A DNA stretch of 64,000 bases, taken from NCBI GenBank assembly GCA_035266845.1, contig DATFMP010000054.1:93709-157708 (forward strand). The letters are read 5' to 3'. This document shows, one piece after another, positions 1-9,426 of the stretch. Origin of the DNA: a bacterium (GTDB taxonomy: Bacteria > SAR324 > JACQKK01). Numbering within the stretch: the first letter of the stretch is position 1; each line of letters opens with the position of its first letter. Under the pieces are notes generated by a model. The model saw nothing but the letters and a program-made list of their open reading frames with translations, was not told the DNA's origin and searched no databases. Made by a program: the position numbers and the translations under genes.

Positions 1-171
1 CTGGCGGCCTTCCCGCAGGGGATCGACTTGGCGCTCAACGGCGGCCACACGTCCGGCGGCGCACCCTCCACCCTGGTGGACACCACTGTCTCGCCGCCCC
101 AGGTGCTACGCGAGGGCGCCATCCCCCGTGCCGCGCTACAGGCGGCGCTGCCCAACATTCCGCTGGCCTGA
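1..171 (+). CDS. tsaC: L-threonylcarbamoyladenylate synthase TsaC/YrdC, C-terminal fragment (5' end outside window)
   Basis: Frame-1 translation ...GGHTSGGAPSTLVDTTVSPPQVLREGAIPRAALQAAL* matches the YrdC/Sua5-domain C-terminus. Stop TGA 169-171 overlaps the tsaE ATG (TGATG). Confidence 0.6.
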   Translation: MAAFPQGIDLALNGGHTSGGAPSTLVDTTVSPPQVLREGAIPRAALQAALPNIPLA

Positions 172-653
172 TGCACCCGGTGATACGCGAGTTGGACGGA
201 CTGGCCGCCACGCGCCGGGCCGGGCTGGCGCTGGCACGCACGCTGCCCGAGCGCGCCATCGTGCTGTGTTCCGGAGGGCTGGGGGCGGGCAAAACCACGC
301 TCATCAAGGCCATCTGCGAGGGCCTGGGCATTGCGCCGCACCTGGTAACCTCGCCCACGTATACCCTGGTGAACGTTTACCCCGGGTCGCGATCCGTCTA
401 TCATGTGGACCTCTACCGGCTGGAATCGCCCGAGGCGCTGCTGGAGCTGGATCCGGCGGACTGGGTCAATCCGGACGGCATGACCCTGATCGAATGGCCG
501 GAGGCGGCCCGGCCCCTGCTGGCCGGGCAAGCCGTGCTGGAGCTGGAGCTGGAGCCCCTGCCTGGGCGCCCCGAGGCGCGGCGGCTGACGCTGCGCGCCG
601 CGGACGCCACCTATGCTGGCGTGCTGGGCGCGTTGCAGGCGCCCGACCTGTGA
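171..653 (+). CDS. tsaE: tRNA t6A biosynthesis ATPase TsaE (YjeE)
   Basis: 160-aa ORF with P-loop GGLGAGKTT and the TsaE-typical SPTYTLVNVY segment. Start overlaps tsaC stop. Confidence 0.85.
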   Translation: MHPVIRELDGLAATRRAGLALARTLPERAIVLCSGGLGAGKTTLIKAICEGLGIAPHLVTSPTYTLVNVYPGSRSVYHVDLYRLESPEALLELDPADWVNPDGMTLIEWPEAARPLLAGQAVLELELEPLPGRPEARRLTLRAADATYAGVLGALQAPDL

Positions 654-681
654 ACCTCCCCCCTGGAAGCCCCGCGCAGCG

Positions 682-1200
682 ATGACGGAACCGCTCTACC
701 GGCTGCTGGAGGAACTGGGCATCCGCTACACGGTGACCGAGCACGAGGCGGCCTTCACCGTGGAGCAGGCAGACCCCTTGTACGGCCACCTGCCCGGCGC
801 CCACAGCAAGAACCTGTTCCTGCGCAACAAGCGCGGCACGCAGCACTACCTGGTCGTGGTGCAGAGTCACCGGCAGGTGGATATCCGCGCGCTCAAGGCG
901 CAGCTCGGCGAGGCCACGCTGAGCTTCGCGTCCCCGGAGCGCCTGCAGCGCTACCTGGGGCTCACGCCGGGCTCGGTGTCCCCCTTCGGGCTCATCAACG
1001 ACCATGAGCGCGCCGTGCGGGTGATCCTGGACAAGAGCCTGCTGGATTTCGATACGCTAAACTTCCATCCCAACCGCAACACCGCCACGCTCTCGCTCTC
1101 CAGCGCGGACTTCCAACGCTTCCTGGCCCACTGCGGGCACGAGGTGCGCTTGCTGGACTTCGGTGCGGGGAACGGCGCGGAGCCGGGAGCCCAGCCATGA
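682..1200 (+). CDS. YbaK/ProX-family aminoacyl-tRNA deacylase (prolyl-tRNA editing domain protein)
   Basis: Start taken at the internal ATG (MTEPLYRLLEELGI). HSKNLFLRNKRG...YLVVV motif of the YbaK/ProX/EbsC family. Stop overlaps tsaB start (ATGA). Confidence 0.7.
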   Translation: MTEPLYRLLEELGIRYTVTEHEAAFTVEQADPLYGHLPGAHSKNLFLRNKRGTQHYLVVVQSHRQVDIRALKAQLGEATLSFASPERLQRYLGLTPGSVSPFGLINDHERAVRVILDKSLLDFDTLNFHPNRNTATLSLSSADFQRFLAHCGHEVRLLDFGAGNGAEPGAQP

Positions 1201-1979
1201 GCGCCCGTCCGGCGACCGCCCGCCCCGATGCGGTGGACGCACCCGAAGCGGCGTATCCGCTGGCCGAGCTGCCGCTGACACAGCCGCTGAACGCGCTGGC
1301 CATCGATACCAGCTCCGACGTGCTGGGGCTGGCGCTGCTGCGCGAGGGCACGCTGGCCGGCGCACAGTACGACGCCATTGGGCGCCGCACGACGCAGGAG
1401 ATTCTGCCGCGCATCGGGGGCCTGCTGGCCGCGGCCGGGCTGTCCCCCGCGGAGCTGGACGTGCTGGTGGTGGCGCGGGGGCCGGGTTCGTTCACGGGCA
1501 CGCGCATCGGCATGGCCGTGGCGCTCACCTTCGCCCAGGTGACGGGGTGCCCGCTGGTGGGCGTGGACACCCTGCGCGTGCTGGCCGCCCAGGCCGAGCC
1601 CGTGGAGGGCGGCGCGGTGCCCGTGTTGCTCAACTGTGCGCGGGACGAGGTGTATTTCGCCCGCTACCGCTGGCAGGGGGGCGCCCTGGCCCGCGAGACG
1701 GGCATGGCACTGCGCCGGCTGGAGTCGCTGCTGCCGGAGCTGGCGGGTGCACCGGTTCGACTACGCCGCTTCAACCCCGGCATGGGCACCAGTCCGGAGC
1801 AGGAGGCGGCCTTCGCCGCCCTGCCCAGCTTGCCCCTGCGCCACTCGGAGCCGGACGCCGTGCGACTGATGGCCGTGGGGCTGGGCCGCTACCTGGCGGA
1901 GCCGGGCCGCGACTGGCGGCACGTGGAGCCGATCTACCTGAAGTCCGAGGCCTTCCGCACCTGGAGGCCCGCCACATGA
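1197..1979 (+). CDS. tsaB: tRNA t6A biosynthesis protein TsaB (YeaZ)
   Basis: 260 aa. ALAIDTSSDVLGLALL...ARGPGSFTGTRIGMAVA is typical of the inactive Kae1 paralog TsaB. ATGA overlap with tsaD. Confidence 0.85.
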   Translation: MSARPATARPDAVDAPEAAYPLAELPLTQPLNALAIDTSSDVLGLALLREGTLAGAQYDAIGRRTTQEILPRIGGLLAAAGLSPAELDVLVVARGPGSFTGTRIGMAVALTFAQVTGCPLVGVDTLRVLAAQAEPVEGGAVPVLLNCARDEVYFARYRWQGGALARETGMALRRLESLLPELAGAPVRLRRFNPGMGTSPEQEAAFAALPSLPLRHSEPDAVRLMAVGLGRYLAEPGRDWRHVEPIYLKSEAFRTWRPAT

Positions 1980-3046
1980 GCGCGACAGCACGCAGGGCAG
2001 GGGAGGCGCCGCTGGGGCTGGCCATCGACACCACCTTCGACGATACCTCCGTGGCTCTGTTGCGGGGGCGGCGCGAGGTGCTGGCCAACATCACGCTTTC
2101 GCAGTACGCGGACCATGCGGAGTTCGGCGGCGTGGTGCCGGAGCGCGCCTCGCGTAAGCACTTGGAGGCAATCCACCCGCTCATCGGCGCGGCCCTGCGC
2201 GAGGCAGGTAGCCCCCATGCGCCCCTGGCGCTGAGCGACGTGGACTATGTGGCCGTCTCCAACCTGCCGGGGCTGCTGGGCTCGATCCTGGTGGGCATGA
2301 CAGTGGCCAAGAGTCTGGCCTTCCTGCTGGAGCGTCCGCTGATTGGCATCAACCACATCGAGGCGCACCCCTACGCGAACTTCCTGGTGCACGGAGACCT
2401 GCCCTTCCCGCTGGTGCACCTGGTGGCGGCCGGTGGACATACCGTGCTGATCCACCAGGAGGATCACTTCCGCTGGCGCATCGTGGGGCGCAGCGTGGAC
2501 GACGCCGCGGGCGAGTGCGTGGACAAGGTGGCCAAGATGTTCGGGCATCCCATGCCCGGCGGGCCCGTGGTGGATCGCCTGGCCATGGAACACGCACCCG
2601 GGCCCTACGAATTCCCGCGCCCCATGCTGGCCGATCCGGGCCTGGACTTCTCGTTCTCCGGCCTCAAGACGGCCATGCTGTACTTCCTGCGCGACCACGG
2701 ACTGCCCGCGGACGGCAGCGCGGCCCACGGTGAAGGGCCGTCGGAGGGGCCCGTGCTGGCCGCCTTCTTCGCGGCCGTGGCGGACGTACTGGTGGGCAAG
2801 ACCCTGCGCGCGGCCCGGCGGCTTGGCGTGCCGGCGGTGACGGTCTCCGGGGGCCTCGCGGCCAGCCGCAAACTGCGCCGGCGCTTCGAGGCGGCCTGCG
2901 CCGAAGCCGGTATGACGCTGTACTACCCCCCACCGAAGCTGTGCACGGACAATGCGGCCATGGTGGGTTGTCTGGCCGCGTACCGCTACGAGGCGGGCCG
3001 CGTCGACGATCTCACGCTGGAAGGCTATCCCAATCTGCCCATGTAA
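1976..3046 (+). CDS. tsaD: tRNA N6-adenosine threonylcarbamoyltransferase TsaD (Kae1/YgjD)
   Basis: Internal start MSATARRAG within the longer ORF. LAIDTTFDDTSVAL..., GINHIEAHPY and HxxH metal-site motifs. Confidence 0.9.
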   Translation: MSATARRAGEAPLGLAIDTTFDDTSVALLRGRREVLANITLSQYADHAEFGGVVPERASRKHLEAIHPLIGAALREAGSPHAPLALSDVDYVAVSNLPGLLGSILVGMTVAKSLAFLLERPLIGINHIEAHPYANFLVHGDLPFPLVHLVAAGGHTVLIHQEDHFRWRIVGRSVDDAAGECVDKVAKMFGHPMPGGPVVDRLAMEHAPGPYEFPRPMLADPGLDFSFSGLKTAMLYFLRDHGLPADGSAAHGEGPSEGPVLAAFFAAVADVLVGKTLRAARRLGVPAVTVSGGLAASRKLRRRFEAACAEAGMTLYYPPPKLCTDNAAMVGCLAAYRYEAGRVDDLTLEGYPNLPM

Positions 3047-3138
3047 CACCGCCCGGGGAGGTATGGGCCTTCGGCATAACGAAGGATCCGCTGCCCCTGC
3101 GTGGGCGTTTACCCTTTGGGTGCCCCCGCACCCGCGCC

Positions 3139-3167
3139 TTTACGGTGCCGCTGTTCGGTGGAATAAT
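3139..3167 (+). promoter_or_regulatory. candidate sigma70-like promoter (TTTACG-17-AATAAT) upstream of the TlpA-like gene
   Basis: Hexamers read directly with 17-bp spacing, ~60 nt upstream of the ATG at 3229. Confidence 0.3.
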
Positions 3168-3228
3168 GTGGGCCGCCCGCCTGCCCGCGCCGCACGCTGC
3201 ATTCTTAACCATCGCCGCAAGGAGCGTC

Positions 3229-3903
3229 ATGACCCACCATCGTCCGCGTCCCATCCGCCGTGCGGGGCTGCTGATTGCCCTGCTGGCCACCGCGCTGGCA
3301 GTCACGGCTGCGGCTGCGGACACGCCGAGCCCACTGCTGGGCAAGCGGGCCCCACTGCTCTCCGGGCGCGCAGCCTTCGGCGCGGGACTGATCAACCTGC
3401 AGCGGCTGCAGAACGAGATCGTCTACGAGAAGGATGCCCAGGGCAAGCCGGTGCGCGAAGGCAATCGCATCAAGGTGCACATCGTGCGCAATGCGGTGGT
3501 GCTGAACTTCTTCGCCACCTACTGTGCGCCGTGTGTCCGCGAGATTCCCACCTTCAACCGCATCGCGAAGTCGTACGAGGGCCGGCCGGTCAAGTTCGTG
3601 TACGTGAACGTGGATACGGAGAAGACCGCCGATCAGGTGCGCGAATTCGCCCGTTCCAAGGGCATCGCGGTGGAGATGATCCTACCGTCCGTCCGGTATG
3701 CGGTGCAGGCCTACAGGATCGACGCCCTGCCCCGCATCGTGGTGATCGATCGCAAGGGGATTGTCACGCACGTGGTGACAGGCTTTCAGGAGGACCTGGC
3801 CAAGCAACTGGGCGAGGTGCTGGCCCCCGTGCTCGCCCAGCCGGATCCAGGCGCCGCGCCGCTCAAACGATCGGCCAAGCAGAAGGCGAAGGCCACGCGG
3901 TAA
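3229..3903 (+). CDS. TlpA/ResA-like periplasmic thiol:disulfide oxidoreductase (thioredoxin fold, CxxC)
   Basis: GGAG RBS. N-terminal signal peptide (LLIALLATALAVTAAAA). FATYCAPCVREIP CxxC motif, redoxin fold, K/A-rich C-terminal tail. Confidence 0.75.
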   Translation: MTHHRPRPIRRAGLLIALLATALAVTAAAADTPSPLLGKRAPLLSGRAAFGAGLINLQRLQNEIVYEKDAQGKPVREGNRIKVHIVRNAVVLNFFATYCAPCVREIPTFNRIAKSYEGRPVKFVYVNVDTEKTADQVREFARSKGIAVEMILPSVRYAVQAYRIDALPRIVVIDRKGIVTHVVTGFQEDLAKQLGEVLAPVLAQPDPGAAPLKRSAKQKAKATR

Positions 3904-3963
3904 CGGCCGCTGTCTGGGTCGTGCCGCGCGTTCGGCCTTTGGGAAAGGCGGTTCCGGCCGGCC

Positions 3964-4350
3964 TCAGTGCTCCTGGCTGTCCAGATACGCTTGGTAGGCC
4001 TTTTCGTCCATCAGGTTGGCCGCCGCATCCCCGCTGGTCTGCAGCTTGAAGATCCAGCCGGCCTCGTAGGGCGACTCGTTGACCTGCTCCGGGTGCGCCT
4101 CCAGCTCCTTGTTGACCTCCACCACCTCGCCATCCACGGGCGCGAACACGTCAGAGACGGATTTCACCGATTCCAGCACGGCAATGGGGTCGCCCGTGCT
4201 GACCTTGCGGCCCACCTCCGGCAGTTCCACGAACACGATGTCCGTGAGCTGATCCTGGGCGAAATCGGTGATGCCCACGGTCGCAGTGGTGCCGTCCAGG
4301 CGCACCCACTCGTGTTCCCTGCTGTACTTGCGGTCGGCCGGAATAGTCAT
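3964..4350 (-). CDS. gcvH: glycine cleavage system H protein (lipoyl carrier)
   Basis: 128 aa. ...ESVKSVSDVFAPVDGEVVEVN... carries the lipoyl-lysine motif. Full-length match to GcvH. Confidence 0.9.
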   Translation of the reverse strand: MTIPADRKYSREHEWVRLDGTTATVGITDFAQDQLTDIVFVELPEVGRKVSTGDPIAVLESVKSVSDVFAPVDGEVVEVNKELEAHPEQVNESPYEAGWIFKLQTSGDAAANLMDEKAYQAYLDSQEH

Positions 4351-4470
4351 GCGGATCCTCGCTTCGGCTGGCTAGCGCGCCCGTCCTGAACGCGTGAATG
4401 CACGCCTGCACGTTGGGGCTGCAACACCACGGGCGGCATCGCGTGCAGCGGAAGCCGCGGGCGGTGCGCG

Positions 4471-5703
4471 TCAGACGGCCTTGAACACGAGCGTGGCGTT
4501 GGTGCCCCCGAACCCGAACGAGTTGGACATGGCCACGCGCACGGGACGCTCCCGCGCCGTGTTGGGGGTCACGTCCAGGTCGCACTCCGGGTCCAGGTTC
4601 TCGATGTTGATGGTCGGCGGAATGATGCCGTTCTCCAACGCCTTCACGGCCACGATGGCCTCCAGCCCGCCCGCCGCGCCAAGCAGGTGGCCGGTCATGG
4701 ACTTGCTGGAGCTGATGGAGACCTTTTTGGCGTTGTCCTCGCCCAGCGCCAGCTTGATGGCCTTGAGCTCGTTGATGTCGCCGGCCGGCGTGGAGGTGCC
4801 GTGGGTATTGATGTAATCCAGCTCGTCCGGGTTGCACTCGCCGTCCTTCAGGGTCAGCTTCATGGCGCGGCTGGGCCCCTCCGTGCTCGGTGAGGTCATG
4901 TGGTGCGCATCGGAGCTGAAGCCATAGCCGGCCAGCTCGCAGTAGATGTGCGCGCCCCGGGCCTTGGCGAACTCGTAGTCCTCGATGATGAGGATGCCCG
5001 AGCCCTCGCCCAGCACAAAGCCGTCGCGATCGCGGTCGTAGGGCCGCGAAGCCGCCTGCGGATTGTCGTTTCGCGTGGAGAGGGCGTGCATGGCCGCGAA
5101 GCCGCCGATGCCCAGTGGGGTCACCGTGGCTTCCGAGCCGCCCACGATCATCACCTTGGCGTCCCCCCGCTCGATGATGCGGGCCGCATCGCCGATGGAA
5201 TGGTTGGAGGAGGCGCAGGCCGAGGTGGTGGACGTGTTGTAGTTGCGGCAGTTGAAATACATCGAAATCTGCCCCGAGGCCATGTTGGAGATGACCATGG
5301 GGATGAAGAACGGGGTGATGCGGCGCGGCCCCCGCTCCATGTATACCTCGTGATACTTCTCGATGGTGGTCAGCCCCCCCAGGCCGATGCCCACCGAAAC
5401 CCCCGCATCGTACGAAAGCTCGTCGTCGATCGTCAGGCCCGCATCCTTCAGCGCCTCGGCCGTGGCCACCAGCGCGTAATGGATGAAGAGGTCCATCTTC
5501 TTCTGCTCGGGCTCCGGAATGACCGGCGTGGGGTCGAAGCCCCGCACCTCGCCGGCCATCTGGCTGCGGAAGGCTGCCGCATCGAACTTGGTGATGCGAT
5601 CGATTCCGGACTTCCCGTTGACGATACCGTTCCACGTCGTCGGCACGTCATTGCCCAGGGGCGAGACACAGCCAAGCCCCGTGACGACGATTCGCTTTCT
5701 CAT
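4471..5703 (-). CDS. fabF: 3-oxoacyl-[ACP] synthase II
   Basis: MRKRIVVTGLGCVSPLGN... with Cys-His-His KAS active-site context. Start placed at the internal ATG. Confidence 0.9.
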   Translation of the reverse strand: MRKRIVVTGLGCVSPLGNDVPTTWNGIVNGKSGIDRITKFDAAAFRSQMAGEVRGFDPTPVIPEPEQKKMDLFIHYALVATAEALKDAGLTIDDELSYDAGVSVGIGLGGLTTIEKYHEVYMERGPRRITPFFIPMVISNMASGQISMYFNCRNYNTSTTSACASSNHSIGDAARIIERGDAKVMIVGGSEATVTPLGIGGFAAMHALSTRNDNPQAASRPYDRDRDGFVLGEGSGILIIEDYEFAKARGAHIYCELAGYGFSSDAHHMTSPSTEGPSRAMKLTLKDGECNPDELDYINTHGTSTPAGDINELKAIKLALGEDNAKKVSISSSKSMTGHLLGAAGGLEAIVAVKALENGIIPPTINIENLDPECDLDVTPNTARERPVRVAMSNSFGFGGTNATLVFKAV

Positions 5704-5868
5704 AGAAACACCATTGGGGTTTGCCGGATCGTCCACGACGGACGATTCAGGCTATCGCGCGAAGGCGCTTCCGGGGTGTGCTGGATGGCGGGGACAACGG
5801 ATCACGTGGCGATTGCGGTTTCCTGAGTCGGGCCAAATGACAGCCTGCGAGGAGAATCGCAACCCGCC

Positions 5869-6101
5869 CTAGCGGTTTTCCTCGATGTAGTCGACCGCGC
5901 TCTGCACCGTGGTGATCTTCTCCGCCTCGTCATCGGGAATTTCGATGCCGAACTCCTCTTCGAACGCCATCACCAGCTCCACCTGGTCCAGGGAATCGGC
6001 GCCGAGATCGTCCACAAAGTGGGATTCCGGTTTGATTTCCGGTTCGTCCACACCGAGTTGTTCAGCGATAATCTGCTTCACTTTCGAAGCGACATCCATG
6101 C
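5869..6101 (-). CDS. acpP: acyl carrier protein
   Basis: [17 protein letters not shown]...[21 protein letters not shown] has the DSL phosphopantetheine site. 77 aa. Confidence 0.95.
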
Positions 6102-6259
6102 AGGTTCTCCTCGCAAATATGGATGGTTGCGACAAGCAGCCAAGGGCTGGGGCATTGGCTAGCGAATACGGTCCAGGAAAGCCGGCGAGCGTTCCGCGTC
6201 GCAGCCAATTACGCAAAAGCCACGGCGAAAGTCAATAGCGGCACAGGCCCCGTTCAGGG

Positions 6260-6997
6260 TCAATACATGCCACCGTTCACGTGTACGGTCGTGCCGTTGA
6301 TATAGGCCGCGTCATCGCTGGCCAGAAACCGCACCACCTTGGCGATTTCCTCCACGGTGCCCATGCGGCCCAGCGGCACCTGATTCAGAATGGCTTGTTT
6401 CTGCTCCTCGCTCAAGTCGCGCGTCATGTCCGTGTCGATGAAGCCGGGCGCCACGGCATTGCAGGTGATGGTGCGGCTGCCCAGTTCCTTGGCGATCGAC
6501 TTGGTGAAGCCCACCACGGCGGATTTGGAACTGGCGTAGTTGACCTGCCCCGGATTGCCCGTGAAGCCCACCACCGACGTGAGGTTGATGATGCGGCCCC
6601 GGCGCGCCCGCACCATCGTGCGGATCACGGCCCGCGTGACATAGAACATGCCGTCCAGGTTGACCGCCATCACCTCGCGCCAGTCCTCCGGTGTCATGCG
6701 CATGATGAGGGTGTCCTTCGTCACCCCGGCATTGTTCACCAGGATGTCGATGGTCGAGAGCTGCTCGAGGCCCTGCTTGACCAGCGCGTCCACCTGCTCC
6801 GGATCGGAGATGTCCGCCTGCACCGCCACGCAGCGCCGCCCCAGCGCCTCAATTTCCGCCTTGGTGGCGTCCGCGAGGGGCTTGCTGCGGTTGGTGAAGA
6901 GGATGTCGGCGCCGGCAGCGGCCAACTCCAGGGCGATACCCTTGCCGATGCCGCGTCCCGCCCCGGTGATCAGGGCGACTCGTCCTTGCAGGTTCAC
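6260..6997 (-). CDS. fabG: 3-oxoacyl-[ACP] reductase
   Basis: TGAGRGIGKG Rossmann motif, NNAG, YxxxK. Classic FabG length and position. Confidence 0.92.
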   Translation of the reverse strand: MNLQGRVALITGAGRGIGKGIALELAAAGADILFTNRSKPLADATKAEIEALGRRCVAVQADISDPEQVDALVKQGLEQLSTIDILVNNAGVTKDTLIMRMTPEDWREVMAVNLDGMFYVTRAVIRTMVRARRGRIINLTSVVGFTGNPGQVNYASSKSAVVGFTKSIAKELGSRTITCNAVAPGFIDTDMTRDLSEEQKQAILNQVPLGRMGTVEEIAKVVRFLASDDAAYINGTTVHVNGGMY

Positions 6998-7081
6998 AGG
7001 TCGCTCGTTCCTCCTTCTTGGTGGCGCCGTGCGAGAGCGATACGCACGGGGCGCGGTCCCGTTGTTCCGATGCGGTGAGAG

Positions 7082-8014
7082 TCAGGCGCCCAGGGCGGCC
7101 AGCGTGGCCTGCAGCGAGGCTTCATCCTCCACGTTGCTGACGGGTGTCTCCTTGGCGATGCGGCGCATCATGCCACTCAGCACCTTGCCGTGGCCCAGTT
7201 CCACAAAGCGCGTGACGCCCCCGCCGATCATCTTGCGGATGCCCGCGTCCCAGTGTACGGGCGAGGCGATCTGCCGCTTGAGCGAGTCGGGAAACTCCGC
7301 CGCCGCCGTGATGAACCGGTTGTCGCAGTTGGCGCAGATCGGCGCGGTGGCATCGTGGAACGCCAGCGCCTGCAGCACCTCGCCCATGCGCTCGGCCGCG
7401 GGCTCCATCAGCGCGCTGTGGAAAGGCGCGCTTACGCTGAGCAGCTTGCCCTTGGCGCGGCCCAGCACCCGCTTGACCGCTTCGGCATCGCCGGAGATGA
7501 CGATCTGGCCGGGGGTGTTGAAGTTGGCCGGCTGCACGACCTGTCCCTTGGCCTCCTCCCGGCAGAGCTGCTCGATCTCGGCAGGCTCCATGCCCAGAAC
7601 GGCCGCCATGGCGCCCACGCCCACCGGCGTGGCCTCCTGCATGAACTGTCCGCGCTTGAACACCGTGCGCACCGCGTCCGCGAAAGAGAGCGCCCCCGCC
7701 GCCACCAGGGCTGAGTATTCGCCCACACTGTGGCCGGCCAGGCTGACCGGCTTCAGCTCGACGCGCCCACCCAGCACGCGGTGGGCCACCGTGGCTACCG
7801 TGAGGATGGCGGACTGGGCATTGTAGGTGAGCGTCAGCTCTTCCTCCGGCCCCTCCAGCACCAGCTGGCGCAGGTCGAAGCCGAGAGCGTCGTTGGCCTC
7901 CTCGAACACCTGCTTGGCCTCGGGAAACGCGGCCGCAAGCGCCGCGCCCATGCCCACCTGCTGGGAGCCCTGCCCAGGAAAGATCAGTCCGATGCCCGCC
8001 ACCCGCGCCTCCAT
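7082..8014 (-). CDS. fabD: malonyl-CoA:ACP transacylase
   Basis: FPGQGSQ and GHSVGEY active-site motifs. Confidence 0.92.
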   Translation of the reverse strand: MEARVAGIGLIFPGQGSQQVGMGAALAAAFPEAKQVFEEANDALGFDLRQLVLEGPEEELTLTYNAQSAILTVATVAHRVLGGRVELKPVSLAGHSVGEYSALVAAGALSFADAVRTVFKRGQFMQEATPVGVGAMAAVLGMEPAEIEQLCREEAKGQVVQPANFNTPGQIVISGDAEAVKRVLGRAKGKLLSVSAPFHSALMEPAAERMGEVLQALAFHDATAPICANCDNRFITAAAEFPDSLKRQIASPVHWDAGIRKMIGGGVTRFVELGHGKVLSGMMRRIAKETPVSNVEDEASLQATLAALGA

Positions 8015-8060
8015 CCGTGTTGTGATTCAGGCCAAAGCCTTGTGCATTCCTGCGGCGATG

Positions 8061-9104
8061 TCAACCGGAGGCCGCGCTCCCGGCCGTGTCGGCGGAGCGA
8101 CCCGCTGCGGCGGCCTGCCGCGCGAATTCCGCACCCAGCGTCTCCACGAGCCGCCCCTGCACGCACTGCGTGGCCACCTGCACTGCGTTGAACAGCGTGC
8201 GGGCGTTGGAGGACCCGTGACACACCAGCGCCACGCCCCCCAGTCCCAACAGCAGCGAACCGCCCACCTCGCGGTAGTCCGTGCGCCGCCGCAGCTCTGC
8301 GAACACGCCGCGCATCAGCAGCGCGCCCAGCCGCGCCACAGGCGAGCGGGCAATGGATTCCTTCATGAGCAGGCGCATCTGGGTATCCGCCGCCTCGGCA
8401 GTCTTGAGTACCAGATTGCCCACGAAGCCGTCGCACACCAACACATCCGCCTTGCCGCGGAACAGGTCGCGCCCCTCCACGTTGCCCACGAACCCCGGCA
8501 CCCGCTCCGCCAGCAGCCCGTACGCGGCCCGGGTCAGCTCGTTGCCCTTGCCCGGCTCGCTGCCGTTGCTGAGCAGCGCCACGCGCGGGGCACCGATGCC
8601 AGCCACCACGCGGGCATAGACCTGGCCCATCAGCGCGAACTGCTCCAGGTAGTGCGGCTTGCAGTCCACATTGGCCCCGCTGTCCAGCAGCACGCTGCTC
8701 CCGCGCCGCAGGGGCAGCGGCGTGGCGATGGCCGGACGGTCGATGCCGGGCAGCGTGCCCAGCTCGTGCTTGGCCGCAACCATCAGTGCGCCCGTATGCC
8801 CGGCGCTGATCACCGCCTGGGCCCGCCCCTGGGCCACCAGGGCACAAGCCACACGCACCGAGGCCCGCGGCTTTTCGCGCAGCAGGGCTGTGGGGGCGTC
8901 GGCGGGGGTGAGCGCTTCGGGCGTGTGCTCGATGTGCAGGCGCGGCGGGGCGTGACCCCGGCGCCGCAACTCCGGCTCCAGCGCGGCGGCATCGCCCACC
9001 AGCACGATCTCGCAGTCGGTCTCGCGGGCAACGCGCAGGGCGGCCTCCACGGGCACGCGGGGCGAGAAGTCCCCACCCATCGCATCCATCGCGATCGTGG
9101 TCAT
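8061..9104 (-). CDS. plsX: phosphate acyltransferase PlsX
   Basis: 347 aa. AMDAMGGD...SAGHTGAL...LLSNGSE... are PlsX hallmarks. Confidence 0.9.
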   Translation of the reverse strand: MTTIAMDAMGGDFSPRVPVEAALRVARETDCEIVLVGDAAALEPELRRRGHAPPRLHIEHTPEALTPADAPTALLREKPRASVRVACALVAQGRAQAVISAGHTGALMVAAKHELGTLPGIDRPAIATPLPLRRGSSVLLDSGANVDCKPHYLEQFALMGQVYARVVAGIGAPRVALLSNGSEPGKGNELTRAAYGLLAERVPGFVGNVEGRDLFRGKADVLVCDGFVGNLVLKTAEAADTQMRLLMKESIARSPVARLGALLMRGVFAELRRRTDYREVGGSLLLGLGGVALVCHGSSNARTLFNAVQVATQCVQGRLVETLGAEFARQAAAAGRSADTAGSAASG

Positions 9105-9176
9105 GGCGCAAGCTCCCGCTGCGGCCAGGGCTGGCCGGCGTGAGGCGGCACGGCGGACGCCGTGTCGGCAGGGCGG

Positions 9177-9359
9177 CTAGTAGGACTCCACCTCCACCAC
9201 TTCCTTGCCCTTGAAATGACCGCACTGCGGGCAGATGCGGTGGGGCGGGATGAGCGCGCTGCAGTTGCTGCAGGTAATGAGGCTGGGCGCCTTCAGCGCG
9301 TGGTGGCTGCGGCGCTGGCCTTTCACACGCTTGGAGGTGCGTACCTGTGGGACGGCCAT
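9177..9359 (-). CDS. rpmF: 50S ribosomal protein L32
   Basis: MAVPQVRTSKRVKGQRRSHHAL...CSNCSA...CPQCGHF zinc-ribbon L32. Confidence 0.95.
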   Translation of the reverse strand: MAVPQVRTSKRVKGQRRSHHALKAPSLITCSNCSALIPPHRICPQCGHFKGKEVVEVESY

Positions 9360-9426
9360 CGTTCACTCCATTGGGGGTCGCATACGTGCTTCGGGACGGC
9401 AAGATCGCCGCCCATGCCGTTCGGTC

